Source: Nostoc sp. DedSLP01
GTDB taxonomy: Bacteria > Cyanobacteriota > Cyanobacteriia > Cyanobacteriales > Nostocaceae
Direction of reading: 5' to 3'
Length of the DNA: 64,000 nt
Assembly: GCA_034530875.2 (NCBI GenBank)
Contig: JAVRCJ020000019.1
Location: forward strand, 1 to 64,000
In this document: one piece after another, positions 10,101 through 20,724 of the stretch
How positions within the stretch are numbered: the first letter of the stretch is position 1
How the letters are laid out: every line of letters begins with the position of its first letter
Position numbers and translations under genes: made by a program
The notes under the pieces: model-generated
What the model was told of the DNA's origin: nothing
The model's input: the letters and a program-made list of their open reading frames with translations, nothing else
Databases searched by the model: none

Positions 10101-11273
10101 TTAATACTCCGGCACAGAGGGATCGATTTCCCGACTCCAAGCGGTAATTCCACCTTTGACATTTGTTCCGGCGATCCCGGCATCTTTGAGGATAGCGAGG
10201 GCTTTTGCCGATCGCCCGCCCATCTTACAATGAGCAATTAAGTGGTGACCGTTCAATATTTCCTTAACTTTGGCAACGCCATTCCCGTTTTCAATCTCTG
10301 GTAAAGGTACTAAAACCGAGCCAGGAATTTTCGCAATTTCGTATTCGTTGGGGTTGCGAACATCTAGCAGCACAAAATCTTGCGCACCACTATCTAGCAA
10401 TTCTTTCAAATCTTTAACGGTCATTTCTTGAATTTCCATCTGCTGTTTAGCCTCCTGTGCCTTAGCTTGTGGAATTCCGCAGAATTGTTCGTAGTCTATC
10501 AGCTTTTCAATTACTGGACGAATGGGATTAGGACGCAGCTTTAACTCCCGGAATTTCATGTCTAAGGCGTTGTATAGCAGTAAGCGTCCGCTTAAGGTGT
10601 TACCTTGGCCGAGAATTATTTTGACAGTTTCGGTTGCTTGGATGACACCAATTATCCCCGGCAAAATTCCCAATACGCCACCTTCTGCACAAGAAGGAAC
10701 CATTCCTGGTGGTGGTGGTTCTGGGTAAAGGTCGCGATAATTCGGCCCGTCTTCGTAGTTAAATACAGTAGCTTGTCCTTCAAAGCGGAAAATGGAACCG
10801 TAGACGTTGGGTTTATTTAACAATACGCAAGCATCGTTAACTAGATACCTGGTGGGAAAATTATCAGTACCATCAACGACAATATCGTAAGGTTGAAAAA
10901 TTTCCAGCGCATTTTCGGAACTCAAGCGAGTTTCGTAGAGATCTACCTGACAATGGGGGTTAATCTCGTGAATGCGGTTTTTTGCAGATTCAATCTTGGG
11001 TTTACCTACCCACGATGTACCGTGTATGACTTGGCGTTGCAGATTGGAAGTATCAACAACATCGAAATCAACGATCCCGATGCGCCCAATACCTGCGGCT
11101 GCTAGGTATAAAAGTAGTGGCGCACCTAGTCCACCCGTACCAATACAGAGTACGCTAGCAGCTTTTAGGCGCTTCTGTCCTTCCAGTCCTACTTCCGGCA
11201 AAATTAAATGTCGGGAGTAGCGTTCGTAATCGTCTTTGGTCAACTGGATTTCATCCAGATTGGGATTTAACAT
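10101..11273 (-). CDS. moeB: MoeB/MoeZ adenylyltransferase (ThiF/E1 domain + rhodanese)
   Basis: RYSRHLILPEVG, GTGGLG, SNLQRQ, DGTDNFPTRY, PSCAEGGVLG, and a C-terminal rhodanese HCKMGGRS. Confidence 0.95.
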   Translation of the reverse strand: MLNPNLDEIQLTKDDYERYSRHLILPEVGLEGQKRLKAASVLCIGTGGLGAPLLLYLAAAGIGRIGIVDFDVVDTSNLQRQVIHGTSWVGKPKIESAKNRIHEINPHCQVDLYETRLSSENALEIFQPYDIVVDGTDNFPTRYLVNDACVLLNKPNVYGSIFRFEGQATVFNYEDGPNYRDLYPEPPPPGMVPSCAEGGVLGILPGIIGVIQATETVKIILGQGNTLSGRLLLYNALDMKFRELKLRPNPIRPVIEKLIDYEQFCGIPQAKAQEAKQQMEIQEMTVKDLKELLDSGAQDFVLLDVRNPNEYEIAKIPGSVLVPLPEIENGNGVAKVKEILNGHHLIAHCKMGGRSAKALAILKDAGIAGTNVKGGITAWSREIDPSVPEY

Positions 11274-11341
11274 AGCAGTTGTCTTGTGGAACAGGAATAT
11301 TAATCCTATCGAAAAATGATATCTGTCTTGAAATTAAGCCG

Positions 11342-11800
11342 TTAAATTATATTGTGAATTGCCTCTGCTTGGAATTGATGAGTATCATCAAGACTCCAGC
11401 TTCGCACTTCCGTAGCTTTACCATTTTGGACGGAAACTATTATATACGAGTATCCTTGCCAAGCGTACAGGCGATCGCATTCTGAAGGTATCGCTGGATG
11501 GTCTGGGTGGGAGTGGAAAATACCGATAATACTCAACGAGCGATCGCGTGCTTGTTTTTGTGCTTGTAACATGACTTCAGGCGCGATCGCATATTGCCGT
11601 TTTTTACTTTCTGCTGTGCGTTCCTCTGAAAACACCGCCGCCGCTTCTGTATTCCAGACATTTTCTGTTGGCATGACTTCTACTGTCGTTTTGCCTTCAT
11701 TATTTAAGTAGCCCAAAATTATACCACAGCATTCCTCTGGATAGGCTTTTTCGGCATGGGTGTGGATGGTTTGCAAGTGTTGTTTGCGAAAATTAATCAT
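11342..11800 (-). CDS. M67/JAB (Mov34/MPN) metallopeptidase, Mec-like
   Basis: YPEECCG and the JAMM motif FHSHPDHPAIPSECD. Confidence 0.93.
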   Translation of the reverse strand: MINFRKQHLQTIHTHAEKAYPEECCGIILGYLNNEGKTTVEVMPTENVWNTEAAAVFSEERTAESKKRQYAIAPEVMLQAQKQARDRSLSIIGIFHSHPDHPAIPSECDRLYAWQGYSYIIVSVQNGKATEVRSWSLDDTHQFQAEAIHNII

Positions 11801-12429
11801 ATCTGCGTTTGTATTTGATTCACCTCAAGCGATTATCCTCTGGGTACAAGATATTGCTACCTCCGGATTTTATTTTGATTCTAGCGATCGCAAAGCTAAT
11901 ATGTATTTTTAGTCGCTGCTTGGGGCGTCTGTTTTTTGGGAGCGATTATGAAGAATATACAAAGATAAGTCACGCTTCATTTTAACAAAAACGCTTTTTG
12001 TGTTGCATAAGGAATTTCAAACTTGCAGAAAATTATCGATTTAGCAAAATTGGCAAATTATCAGGGGTTTAAAACTTAATTTATTTAAAATATTAAGGAA
12101 AAGGGCGTAAATATTCGTAGTTAGTATAAAGCAGTAATCAAGAGGCAAGAGAGTTTTAACCTAGCTTATCTTTCTTAAGATAGTTGTGTTTTTCCCACCC
12201 ATTTACTTAGTAAGTAACTATATTTTTCTTTAAGCAAATATATAAAGATTCTGCAAAGAGACACTCTGACGCATAGACACTTACGTAAATATTTGTTATT
12301 TATTAAATGCCTTTTATAAATAAATTTGTATAGAAAAAAACTGCTTTTTTAAGTCTAAAATTCAGAGATTAAGCTAGATTTTGCCAAATTTTTTCAGAAA
12401 TGCTCAAGCTACTGAATAAGGATAGCTAA

Positions 12430-12588
12430 GAGGATGTTTGAAAAGTGCTTTTGTTAGTAGCAAAATGTTTTAGATCTCCCCTAAATCCCCCTTTCAAGGC
12501 GGGCTTTAAGAACCTTTACTCCCTTGGAAAGCTAGGAGGGATCGACCAATTGCCTAAAATCACAACTAAGCACTTTTTAAACAACCTC
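12430..12588. mobile_element. MITE, IS5/IS1031-type ends
   Basis: TIRs GAGGATGTTTGAAAAGTG / CACTTTTTAAACAACCTC, flanked by TAA on both sides; no ORF. Confidence 0.8.
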
Positions 12589-12806
12589 TAAGAAAGCCTG
12601 AAACGATCGCTATCATCAAAGCACATCTTCATGAACTTGTAGATTCTATTTGACTTTGATATTTTTCAAAGCCAAATTATCATTTGGCAAAAGCTATATC
12701 AAATATCTGAAAAATATCAAATCATGATAGATTTTCCTACGCCAAAATAGCCAAAACAACTGACAAATTAAATTACTTCTAAAATCTATTCACCAAGGAA
12801 AAAGCA

Positions 12807-14744
12807 ATGTCAAATCTCACTGCGATCGCTGGAACCAACGGTAACGATACTCTATTGGGTACTAATGGCCCTGACACAATTAACGGTCAACTTGGCAACG
12901 ATACGATTACAGGTAATCAAGGCAACGACATACTGACTGGTGGCAGTGGCAAAGATATATTTATTTATAACTTGGGTGACGGCATTGATACGATCGCAGA
13001 TTTCGGTGGCATCGGCAAAGACACAAACCTAACAGCAGCGGTTATCGCCGAAGTTGATACTATCAAATTTCAAGGCCCTGAATTTACAGCGCGAAATCTG
13101 TTATTGACCCAAAATAGTACCAACTTGGAAATCACATTTGTAGGTGTGGGTGGTACAAAAGTTATTTTGAAAAACTTTAAACTAGAAGATTTGGAAAACC
13201 TCCAAGCTTCTGGTACAATACCAGCTATTGGTAATATTCTGTTTGATAAAGAAACTAGTATTACTGATAGTTTTAATGTTCTCGATGCCAACTCTACAGA
13301 AACAAGCATCAGCATTGCGACTACAGTCACCTTCCTCAATGACCTGGACAACAACATTACAGGTTTAGACAATTCAAATGATGTAATCAATGGTCAGGGC
13401 GGTAACGACAAAATTGATGGTTTAAGTGGCGACGACCTTTTGCGGGCTGGTACGGGTAACGATACTCTCATTAGCGGTGCGGGCAATGATATTCTTGTTG
13501 GTAATACAGGCGATGACAGCCTCATCGCTGGTCAAGGAAATGACACCATCGATGGTGGGGCTGGTAACGATTTCTTGATTTTTGATAAGAATTTATTCAA
13601 CCAGGACGACTTTTCTGGCAATAACCTACTTAATGGCGGCGATGGCAATGATTTTCTCTCTCTTTTCGTCTTGGGGGACTCCGACCTCTTCTTTGGCGCT
13701 TCAGGCAATAACACCCTCAATGGTGAGGCTGGTGACGATAACTTGAGTGTTTTGTATTCAAAAGCCAATAACTTGCTTTCTGGAGGCACTGGTAATGATA
13801 CTTTGGAAGCTGACATTTCAGATGGCGATAATCTACTCAATGGTAGCGATGGTAATGATTCTCTAAGTGCCTCTGGCCGCTACACTGGATACGGGCTAAT
13901 TCGCTCTAGTGGCGATAACACCCTCAACGGTGGCGGCGGAAACGACACCTTGAATTTTAGCGAGTCAAGAGGCAATAACCTACTTAATGGTGGCGATGAC
14001 GATGATTATTTGTTTGCGTCCGGCGAAGTGGACTACGATTTTGGACGTGGATTAGATAGCGCCTCAGGTCAGAACACACTCAATGGTGGTAATGGTAAAG
14101 ATACCTTAAGTGTTGACTTATCATCAGGCAATAATCTTCTCAATGGCGGCAGTGGTAATGATTCTCTTTCCGCCTCTGGCATAAAGTACGATGACTACGA
14201 CCCAAGTATTTCTTATGTCACTTCAGGGAAGAACACCCTCGACGGTGGTATTGGTGATGATTACTTAAATATTAGCTATTCATCAGGTGATAATCTGTTG
14301 AATGGTAGTGATGGTAATGATACTCTGACAGCTTCTAATGCCACAGGTAAGAACACCCTCAAAGGTGGTAATGGCAATGATACTCTCACAGGTGGCAAAG
14401 GTAATGACAGTCTTTATGGAGGAGGTGGTATTGATACCTTTGCTTTCAATAGTTTTAATGAAGGTCGCGATCGCATTTTTGATTTTAGCGCTACTAATGA
14501 AACCATCCGAGTCTCAGATGTCGGTTTTAGCGCCGGATTATCAGTAGGTGTACTCAAAGCTAGTCAGTTTATAATTGGAACATCTGCTACCACTAGCGAA
14601 CAGCGATTTATTTATAACTCGAATACAGGCGCCTTGTTCTTTGACCAAGATGGCAATCTAAGTGGATTTACTCAGATACAATTTGCACAACTATCTACTG
14701 GCTTGTCATTAACTTACAATAATTTTCTGATTGTTTCAACTTAA
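12807..14744 (+). CDS. RTX-type Ca2+-binding secreted protein, array member 1
   Basis: GGxGxD nonapeptide repeats, conserved N-domain, variable loops, and a C-terminal [16 protein letters not shown] tail; no signal peptide. Confidence 0.92.
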   Translation: MSNLTAIAGTNGNDTLLGTNGPDTINGQLGNDTITGNQGNDILTGGSGKDIFIYNLGDGIDTIADFGGIGKDTNLTAAVIAEVDTIKFQGPEFTARNLLLTQNSTNLEITFVGVGGTKVILKNFKLEDLENLQASGTIPAIGNILFDKETSITDSFNVLDANSTETSISIATTVTFLNDLDNNITGLDNSNDVINGQGGNDKIDGLSGDDLLRAGTGNDTLISGAGNDILVGNTGDDSLIAGQGNDTIDGGAGNDFLIFDKNLFNQDDFSGNNLLNGGDGNDFLSLFVLGDSDLFFGASGNNTLNGEAGDDNLSVLYSKANNLLSGGTGNDTLEADISDGDNLLNGSDGNDSLSASGRYTGYGLIRSSGDNTLNGGGGNDTLNFSESRGNNLLNGGDDDDYLFASGEVDYDFGRGLDSASGQNTLNGGNGKDTLSVDLSSGNNLLNGGSGNDSLSASGIKYDDYDPSISYVTSGKNTLDGGIGDDYLNISYSSGDNLLNGSDGNDTLTASNATGKNTLKGGNGNDTLTGGKGNDSLYGGGGIDTFAFNSFNEGRDRIFDFSATNETIRVSDVGFSAGLSVGVLKASQFIIGTSATTSEQRFIYNSNTGALFFDQDGNLSGFTQIQFAQLSTGLSLTYNNFLIVST

Positions 14745-14754
14745 TTAAGTTCTA

Positions 14755-14880
14755 TAGGAATCATATTTGAGTTGGTGAAAAAACTCCGTACGTATCGAAA
14801 AGCTAGATTACCTACTCCCTACTCCCCATTCCCTACTCCCTACCTACGCAAAAAATTTCAAGAATCAAACCGGATTCCTA
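14755..14880. mobile_element. MITE with TA target duplication
   Basis: TIRs TAGGAATC..TTTGA / TCAAA..GATTCCTA, flanked by TA; internal STRR. The empty site is visible at the paralogous position ~20652. Confidence 0.85.
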
Positions 14881-14916
14881 TATCAGTTAGCGGCAGAGGA
14901 AAATAAAAAATTTTGA

Positions 14917-14950
14917 AAATGCGAGGTCTTGAAAACGACATCTCGCATTT
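14917..14950 (+). terminator. Hairpin after RTX member 1
   Basis: AAATGCGAG...CTCGCATTT inverted repeat; homologous hairpins follow members 2-5. Confidence 0.7.
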
Positions 14951-15209
14951 AATCACTTGATTACAGTTATGTATTTTTACTCATGCTGGGGACATTTGTT
15001 TGCTGCGATCGCTAAATTCTTGGCTATCATTTATGAAGAACGCGCAAAGAGAGGTCATGCTTGATGCAAATTAGAAAAATTTAGCCTCATAGGAAATCCC
15101 AAATTTAGCCAAAATCATCTTCCCCCGTACTCCCTATATCTTGTCTTTAGAGAAAACTTTCCCCTCTACTGAAAGTACTTAAAAATATAGATTTTTTTTC
15201 GTAAATTAT

Positions 15210-15277
15210 GTGAAGAATATGCAAAGATATCGTTTTGGGCATAGACATCTAAGTAAATATTCGATATTTAGTTATTA
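15210..15277 (+). promoter_or_regulatory. Conserved upstream cis-element of the RTX array genes (copy before member 2)
   Basis: TGAAGAATATGCAAAGA...TAGACATCTAAGTAAATATTCGATATTTAGTTATTA. Related copies at ~12244-12305, ~18311-18369, ~21081-21148 and ~23448-23515. Confidence 0.65.
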
Positions 15278-15486
15278 GAAGGCTAGTTAAATATTTACTG
15301 TCAGCCAAACTCGACAGATAAAACTTGGTAAAAAATATATAATTTTTTTAATATATTTTATTATCTAAAAACTTGCTTATTTTAAAGCTAGACTTCATGC
15401 AATCAATAGTAAAAATATAGCAGAAAAAAATATTTATCAACATCCAACTTAATTTTATAGTCGCAACTTTAAAAAAATTGGCGCAT

Positions 15487-15570
15487 TATAGCTGTAGCCA
15501 GATAGGTTAGGACATATTAAAAGCTTGAATGCTGGAAATAGTAAGACTTTCCCTCCTGCCTCCTGCTATA
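15487..15570. mobile_element. Small MITE-like element (TATAGC...GCTATA)
   Basis: Reverse-complement homolog at 31669-31776; contains GGCAGGA heptamers. Confidence 0.7.
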
Positions 15571-15612
15571 AAACATATTTGATAACGTGTAATTTAAACA
15601 TTTAAGCTAGTA

Positions 15613-15801
15613 TAGGACTCATATTTGAATTCTGAAAAAAAATCAGCACACCCAAACAAAGCGTCTTTCTTACTCCCCACTCCCTACTCCCTGTCTATCG
15701 CGCTTGCGCTGCGCTTCTCTGCGAGACGCTTTGCGTAGCTTGCTTCCTCGCAGGGGTACGCGCACCACGCAAGTAAATTCACAAATCAAACTAGGTTCCT
15801 A
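15613..15801. mobile_element. MITE (same family as 14755-14880) with nested SDR-type inserts
   Basis: TIRs TAGGACTCATATTTGA / TCAAACTAGGTTCCTA with TA flanks. Internal GC-rich CTCTGCGAGACGCT and GCTTGCTTCCTCGCAGGGGTACG repeats. Absent from the paralogous leader at ~21420. Confidence 0.8.
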
Positions 15802-16067
15802 TATATTTTGCAAGGTTATTTTACAAAGACTTAGGTAATTGAATAAATAAAGCTAAAAAAATATAAAACTAGTGTTGCTAGAGAAACGCGTCATTATAAA
15901 GTTGTATAGTATCTAAAAATTATCTAATTTTAAAATTAAAATTACTCTCCCTATTCAAGAGATATTAAGTATCTAGTAAATGCCGACTATCAGCAATTCG
16001 TCCCCAAAATAGCACTAAAAATTGACAAAACAAATTACTGAAAAATCGATTTAGGTAGGACAAAGTT

Positions 16068-18113
16068 ATGGCAAATATCATTGGAACCAACGGTAACGAT
16101 ACCCTGCTGGGTACTAATAGCGATGACAGAATTAACGGTAAAGGTGGCAACGATACCATAACAGGCGAACAGGGTAACGATACATTAACTGGTGGTGGTG
16201 GCAAGGATACATTTATTTATCAAGGCTGGAGTGACAGCACTGATATAATCGCAGATTTCGGTGGCATCGGCAAAGGCATAAACCCCACAGCAGCAGTCAT
16301 CGCCGAAGTTGATACCCTCAAATTCCAAGGTACTGAGTTGACTGCACGAAATCTCTTACTTACTCAGAATGGGAAAAACTTAGAAATCAGCTTTGAAGGG
16401 ACTGGAACAAAAGTCATCTTGCAAAACTTCAAACTAGAAGATTTGGAGAACTTGAAAGCTTCTGGTACAAGACCAGCCATTGGTAATATCCTGTTTAATG
16501 GCGAAACTAGTATCAGCGATAGTTTTAATGTTCTCGATGCCAACTCTACAGAAACAACCATCGGCATTAAGAATATAGTCACCTTCCTCAACGATCTCAA
16601 CAATAACATTACAGGTTTAGACGACTCAAATGATGTAATCAATGGTCAAGGAGGTAATGACAAAATTGATGGCTTAAGCGGCGATGACTTGCTGCGGGGT
16701 GGTACAGGCAATAATACTCTAATTGGCGGTGCTGGAAATGATATTCTCTTAGCTTCTGGCTACTATATTGACTCTGGAAATGTTTACTATGCCTCAGGGA
16801 GTAATACATTTTATGGTGGCACTGGTAACGATTCTTTATTCGCTAACTATTCATCAGGTGATAATCTGCTTGATGGTGGCAGTGGTAATGATTATCTCTC
16901 TGCTACTAGCGGAAACTTTGAGTACTCTATTGGCGCTTTAGGGAATAACACCTTCAATGGTGGCGATGGTGATGATACATTAGATGTTGACTATTCATCA
17001 GGCAATAATCTGCTTAATGGTGGTAATGGTAACGATCTTATCTCCGTTTCTGGGTTCCAGTACTACGACGTCATTGGCGCTTTAGGCAATAACACCCTCA
17101 ACGGTGGTGCTGATAATGATGAATTAATTGCTGATTATTCCACAGGCAAGAACTCACTAGATGGAGGCCTTGGTAACGATACCTTGAATGTTAACGCTTC
17201 AAAAGGCAATAACATACTTAATGGGGGCGATGGTAACGATTATCTCTTAGCTTCTGGCTACAGTACTAGATACGGCGTCGATCGCTCTGAGGGAAATAAC
17301 ACCCTCAACGGTGGTGCAGGTAACGATACTTTGGATTTTAATTCCTCAAAAGGTGATAACCTACTTAATGGTGGCGATGGCAATGATTATATTTTAGCCG
17401 CCGGCAACTTTGAGTTTTACAACCGATTAAATAGCGCCTCAGGCCAGAACACGCTTAACGGTGGTACTGGCAAGGATACCTTAAGTGTTGACTTATCAAC
17501 AGGCAATAACCGTCTCAATGGCGGCAGTGGTAATGATTCTCTTTCCGCCTCTGGCATAAATTACGATTATTACGACGAAAGTATTTCTTATGTCACCTCA
17601 GGTAAAAACACCCTCGACGGTGGCGCTGGTGATGATTACTTAAACATTAGCTATTCATCAGGCGATAATCTGTTGAATGGTGGTGATGGCAATGATATTC
17701 TGACAGCTGCCAATGCCACAGGTAAGAACACCCTTAAAGGCGGTAATGGCAATGATACCCTCACCGGCGGCAAAGGAAATGATACCCTTTATGGAGAAGG
17801 CGGTATTGATAGCTTTGTTTTTAATAGTTTCAATGAAGGTCGCGATCGCATTTTTGATTTTAACGCTACCAATGAAACCATCCGAGTATCAGCTGCCGGT
17901 TTTGGTGGTGGATTATCAGTAGGTGTATTCAAAGCTAATCAGTTTAGAATTGGAGCATCTGCAACTACGAGTAGTCAGCGATTTATTTATAACTCGGCTA
18001 CGGGTGGATTGTTCTTTGACCAAGATGGCAGCGGGGGTGCATTTACTCAGGTACAATTTGCACAAATATCTACTGGCTTGTCATTAACCAACAAAAATTT
18101 TGTCGTTATTTAA
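16068..18113 (+). CDS. RTX-type Ca2+-binding secreted protein, array member 2
   Basis: Same architecture as member 1; six variable loops. Confidence 0.92.
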   Translation: MANIIGTNGNDTLLGTNSDDRINGKGGNDTITGEQGNDTLTGGGGKDTFIYQGWSDSTDIIADFGGIGKGINPTAAVIAEVDTLKFQGTELTARNLLLTQNGKNLEISFEGTGTKVILQNFKLEDLENLKASGTRPAIGNILFNGETSISDSFNVLDANSTETTIGIKNIVTFLNDLNNNITGLDDSNDVINGQGGNDKIDGLSGDDLLRGGTGNNTLIGGAGNDILLASGYYIDSGNVYYASGSNTFYGGTGNDSLFANYSSGDNLLDGGSGNDYLSATSGNFEYSIGALGNNTFNGGDGDDTLDVDYSSGNNLLNGGNGNDLISVSGFQYYDVIGALGNNTLNGGADNDELIADYSTGKNSLDGGLGNDTLNVNASKGNNILNGGDGNDYLLASGYSTRYGVDRSEGNNTLNGGAGNDTLDFNSSKGDNLLNGGDGNDYILAAGNFEFYNRLNSASGQNTLNGGTGKDTLSVDLSTGNNRLNGGSGNDSLSASGINYDYYDESISYVTSGKNTLDGGAGDDYLNISYSSGDNLLNGGDGNDILTAANATGKNTLKGGNGNDTLTGGKGNDTLYGEGGIDSFVFNSFNEGRDRIFDFNATNETIRVSAAGFGGGLSVGVFKANQFRIGASATTSSQRFIYNSATGGLFFDQDGSGGAFTQVQFAQISTGLSLTNKNFVVI

Positions 18114-18163
18114 GCATAATTAGGCTTCTATTACTGGACTGCAAACAATATTAGAAATTTTGA

Positions 18164-18197
18164 AAATGAGAGATGCTATTATACACATCTCTCATTT
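18164..18197 (+). terminator. Hairpin after RTX member 2
   Basis: Perfect 12-bp stem AAATGAGAGATG / CATCTCTCATTT. Confidence 0.75.
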
Positions 18198-18739
18198 AAT
18201 TAATTAGTAGCCTTTTATTATCAGATGCCCACAACAAAATCAAATTACATGAAGAAAAATTAATTAAATTAATACCTCGAACGAACGCAGTAAATATTAC
18301 AAAAAATATATAAGAATTTTTATTAAAAAATAGACAACTTCAGGTAAATATTAGCTATTTAGTTATTATCGGGTTATTTTGATGTTTTCTATTCTCAGGC
18401 TAGATGTTCGTGTGGGCGATCGCACAATAAAGGCATAAACAATATTTTCGAGACAGCAAGGCTTACGCATCGACCAAGCAAATTAAAGGTTGTAGGTTGA
18501 TGGCACTCCAGCTTGATTTTTTACCTGTTTTCAGCTATGCCTACAATCGACGGTCAGAAAAATATGTACGCTGCTTAAAGCTTAGATTTCTACACTTCGA
18601 TAAGTCTCACTTGCCAGTTGCTCAGTGTGAATCTTGAGCAACAGTTGCTATGGCAAATTGTTTATGTCTTCAAACACCATTAACTCGATTATTCAAAACT
18701 GAAAATTACTCCAAAAATCGCTTCAGCAAGGTCAAAGTT

Positions 18740-20641
18740 ATGGAAAACATCAATGGGACTAATGGCAATGATACTCTCAATGGCAGCAGCTTATCAGACA
18801 CCATTAATGGTAAAGCTGCCAACGATACCATCACAGCCAAAGAGGGCGACGACACCTTAACTGGTGGAAGCGGTAAAGATACATTTATTTACAAAATAGG
18901 TGATGGGATTGATACTATTACCGATTTTGGTGGTATTGGTAAAGGAACAAGCCCAACATTAGCGGTTATTGCCGAAGTTGATACGCTTGCATTCCAAAGC
19001 TATGGCTTGACACCACGAAATCTGTTACTCACCAAGAATGGCAGTAATCTGGAAATCACTTTTGAAGGGGTAGATAATGCCAAAGTCATCTTGCAAAACT
19101 TTGCCCTAGAAAACCTAGAAAACCTGAGCAAATCTAATAAAGCCACTATAGATTTGGGCAATATCTTGTTTTACGAACAAACTAGCATCGCAGATAGCTT
19201 TGATGTCTTTGATGCTAACTCCACCCAAAGCACTATCTTCACCAAGAATACAGTCACCTTCCTTAACGATCTGAAAAATAATGTTAAAGGCTTTGACAAA
19301 TCAGATGATGTCATCAATGGTCAGGGAGGCAACGATAAAATCGACGGACTGAGTGGCAATGACCTTTTGAGGGGTGGTGCCGGAAATGATACTCTCATTG
19401 GCGGTGCAGGAGATGATACTCTCGTTGGTGGTGCAGGTAATAACTTGCTCAATGGTAACAATGGCAACGATCTTCTCTGTATCCAGAATTACTATGGCTT
19501 TCTTGGCTCCACTAGCTACGAGAACAAGCCTCGTTTAGACGGCAATAATACCTTTAATGGCGGTGCTGGCAACGATATCTTGAATGCTAGCCGTTCAACA
19601 GGTAATAATCTGCTAAATGGCGGCGATGGTAATGATTATCTTGACATCTCCAGCTACAACGACTACACGCTATATAGCGACTATAGCGCCTTAGGCAATA
19701 ACACTCTTAATGGAGGCGCTGGCGTCGATACATTAAATGCTAATTATTCATCAGGCGAGAACCTACTCAATGGTGGCACTGGCAATGATAAGTTGAGTGC
19801 TAATGGTTCAAAAGGCAATAATTTACTCAATGGAGGCGATGGCAATGATTCTGTCTCCATCTCAGGCCAATACCAAAACGAAGAAGACTCATACGGACGT
19901 TTCCCTACCTTTGATTTCGATTCTCGCTCCTTAGGCAATAACACACTCAACGGTGGTAATGGTGACGATACCTTAGGTGCTAGCGGTTCAAAAGGCAATA
20001 ATTTACTCAATGGAGGCGATGGCAATGATTATCTAGACATCTCTGGCTCGTATTCTTATTATTCCAACCAATACTACGATGAATACGATGGAACCTACTA
20101 CAACGAAGTTAGGGAAAATGACTCTCTCTCCCTTGGAAATAACACCCTCAAGGGTGGCGCTGGTAACGATACCTTAAATGCTGGCGGTTCAACAGGCACT
20201 AACTTGCTTTCTGGCGGCGACGGCAACGATTATATCTTTGCCCTTAATGCTTCTGGTAATAACATCTTCAAAGGTGACTGTGGTAATGATACTTTAAATG
20301 GCGGCTTTGGGAATGATAGCCTTTATGGCGGAGCCGGTAACGATACTTTTGTTTTTAATAGTTACAACCGGGGCGTTGATACTATTTATGACTTTAATGC
20401 CACTAATGATGTGATTCAGATACCGTTTGGCTACGATTTTGGTAGCAAAGGTGTACTTTCAGCCGCACAATTTACCATTGGAGCTTCCGCAACAACAACT
20501 GCTCAGCGATTTATTTACAATTCAACTACAGGTGCGTTGTTCTTTGACCATGATGGCAGTGCGGGTACGTTTACCCAGATACAATTTGCTTTAGTTACTG
20601 CTGGATTGTCGCTAACCAATAACAATTTTGTGGTTGTTTAA
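18740..20641 (+). CDS. RTX-type Ca2+-binding secreted protein, array member 3
   Basis: Start chosen by homology ([13 protein letters not shown] vs [13 protein letters not shown]); carries the longest Tyr-rich loops. Confidence 0.92.
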   Translation: MENINGTNGNDTLNGSSLSDTINGKAANDTITAKEGDDTLTGGSGKDTFIYKIGDGIDTITDFGGIGKGTSPTLAVIAEVDTLAFQSYGLTPRNLLLTKNGSNLEITFEGVDNAKVILQNFALENLENLSKSNKATIDLGNILFYEQTSIADSFDVFDANSTQSTIFTKNTVTFLNDLKNNVKGFDKSDDVINGQGGNDKIDGLSGNDLLRGGAGNDTLIGGAGDDTLVGGAGNNLLNGNNGNDLLCIQNYYGFLGSTSYENKPRLDGNNTFNGGAGNDILNASRSTGNNLLNGGDGNDYLDISSYNDYTLYSDYSALGNNTLNGGAGVDTLNANYSSGENLLNGGTGNDKLSANGSKGNNLLNGGDGNDSVSISGQYQNEEDSYGRFPTFDFDSRSLGNNTLNGGNGDDTLGASGSKGNNLLNGGDGNDYLDISGSYSYYSNQYYDEYDGTYYNEVRENDSLSLGNNTLKGGAGNDTLNAGGSTGTNLLSGGDGNDYIFALNASGNNIFKGDCGNDTLNGGFGNDSLYGGAGNDTFVFNSYNRGVDTIYDFNATNDVIQIPFGYDFGSKGVLSAAQFTIGASATTTAQRFIYNSTTGALFFDHDGSAGTFTQIQFALVTAGLSLTNNNFVVV

Positions 20642-20692
20642 GTTTAATTAAGTTCTATCGCTTAGCCATAAAGGAAAATAACAAATTTTGAT

Positions 20693-20724
20693 AATGCGAG
20701 GTGTTGAAAATGGCATCTCGCATT
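20693..20724 (+). terminator. Hairpin after RTX member 3
   Basis: AATGCGAG...CTCGCATT, homologous to 14917-14950. Confidence 0.7.

Noticed and set aside
10101..11800. Ubiquitin-like anti-phage system (CBASS/Bil-type E1-JAB)
   Set aside because: No E2, CD-NTase or Ubl gene. The E1 has a rhodanese domain typical of sulfur-transfer MoeZ.
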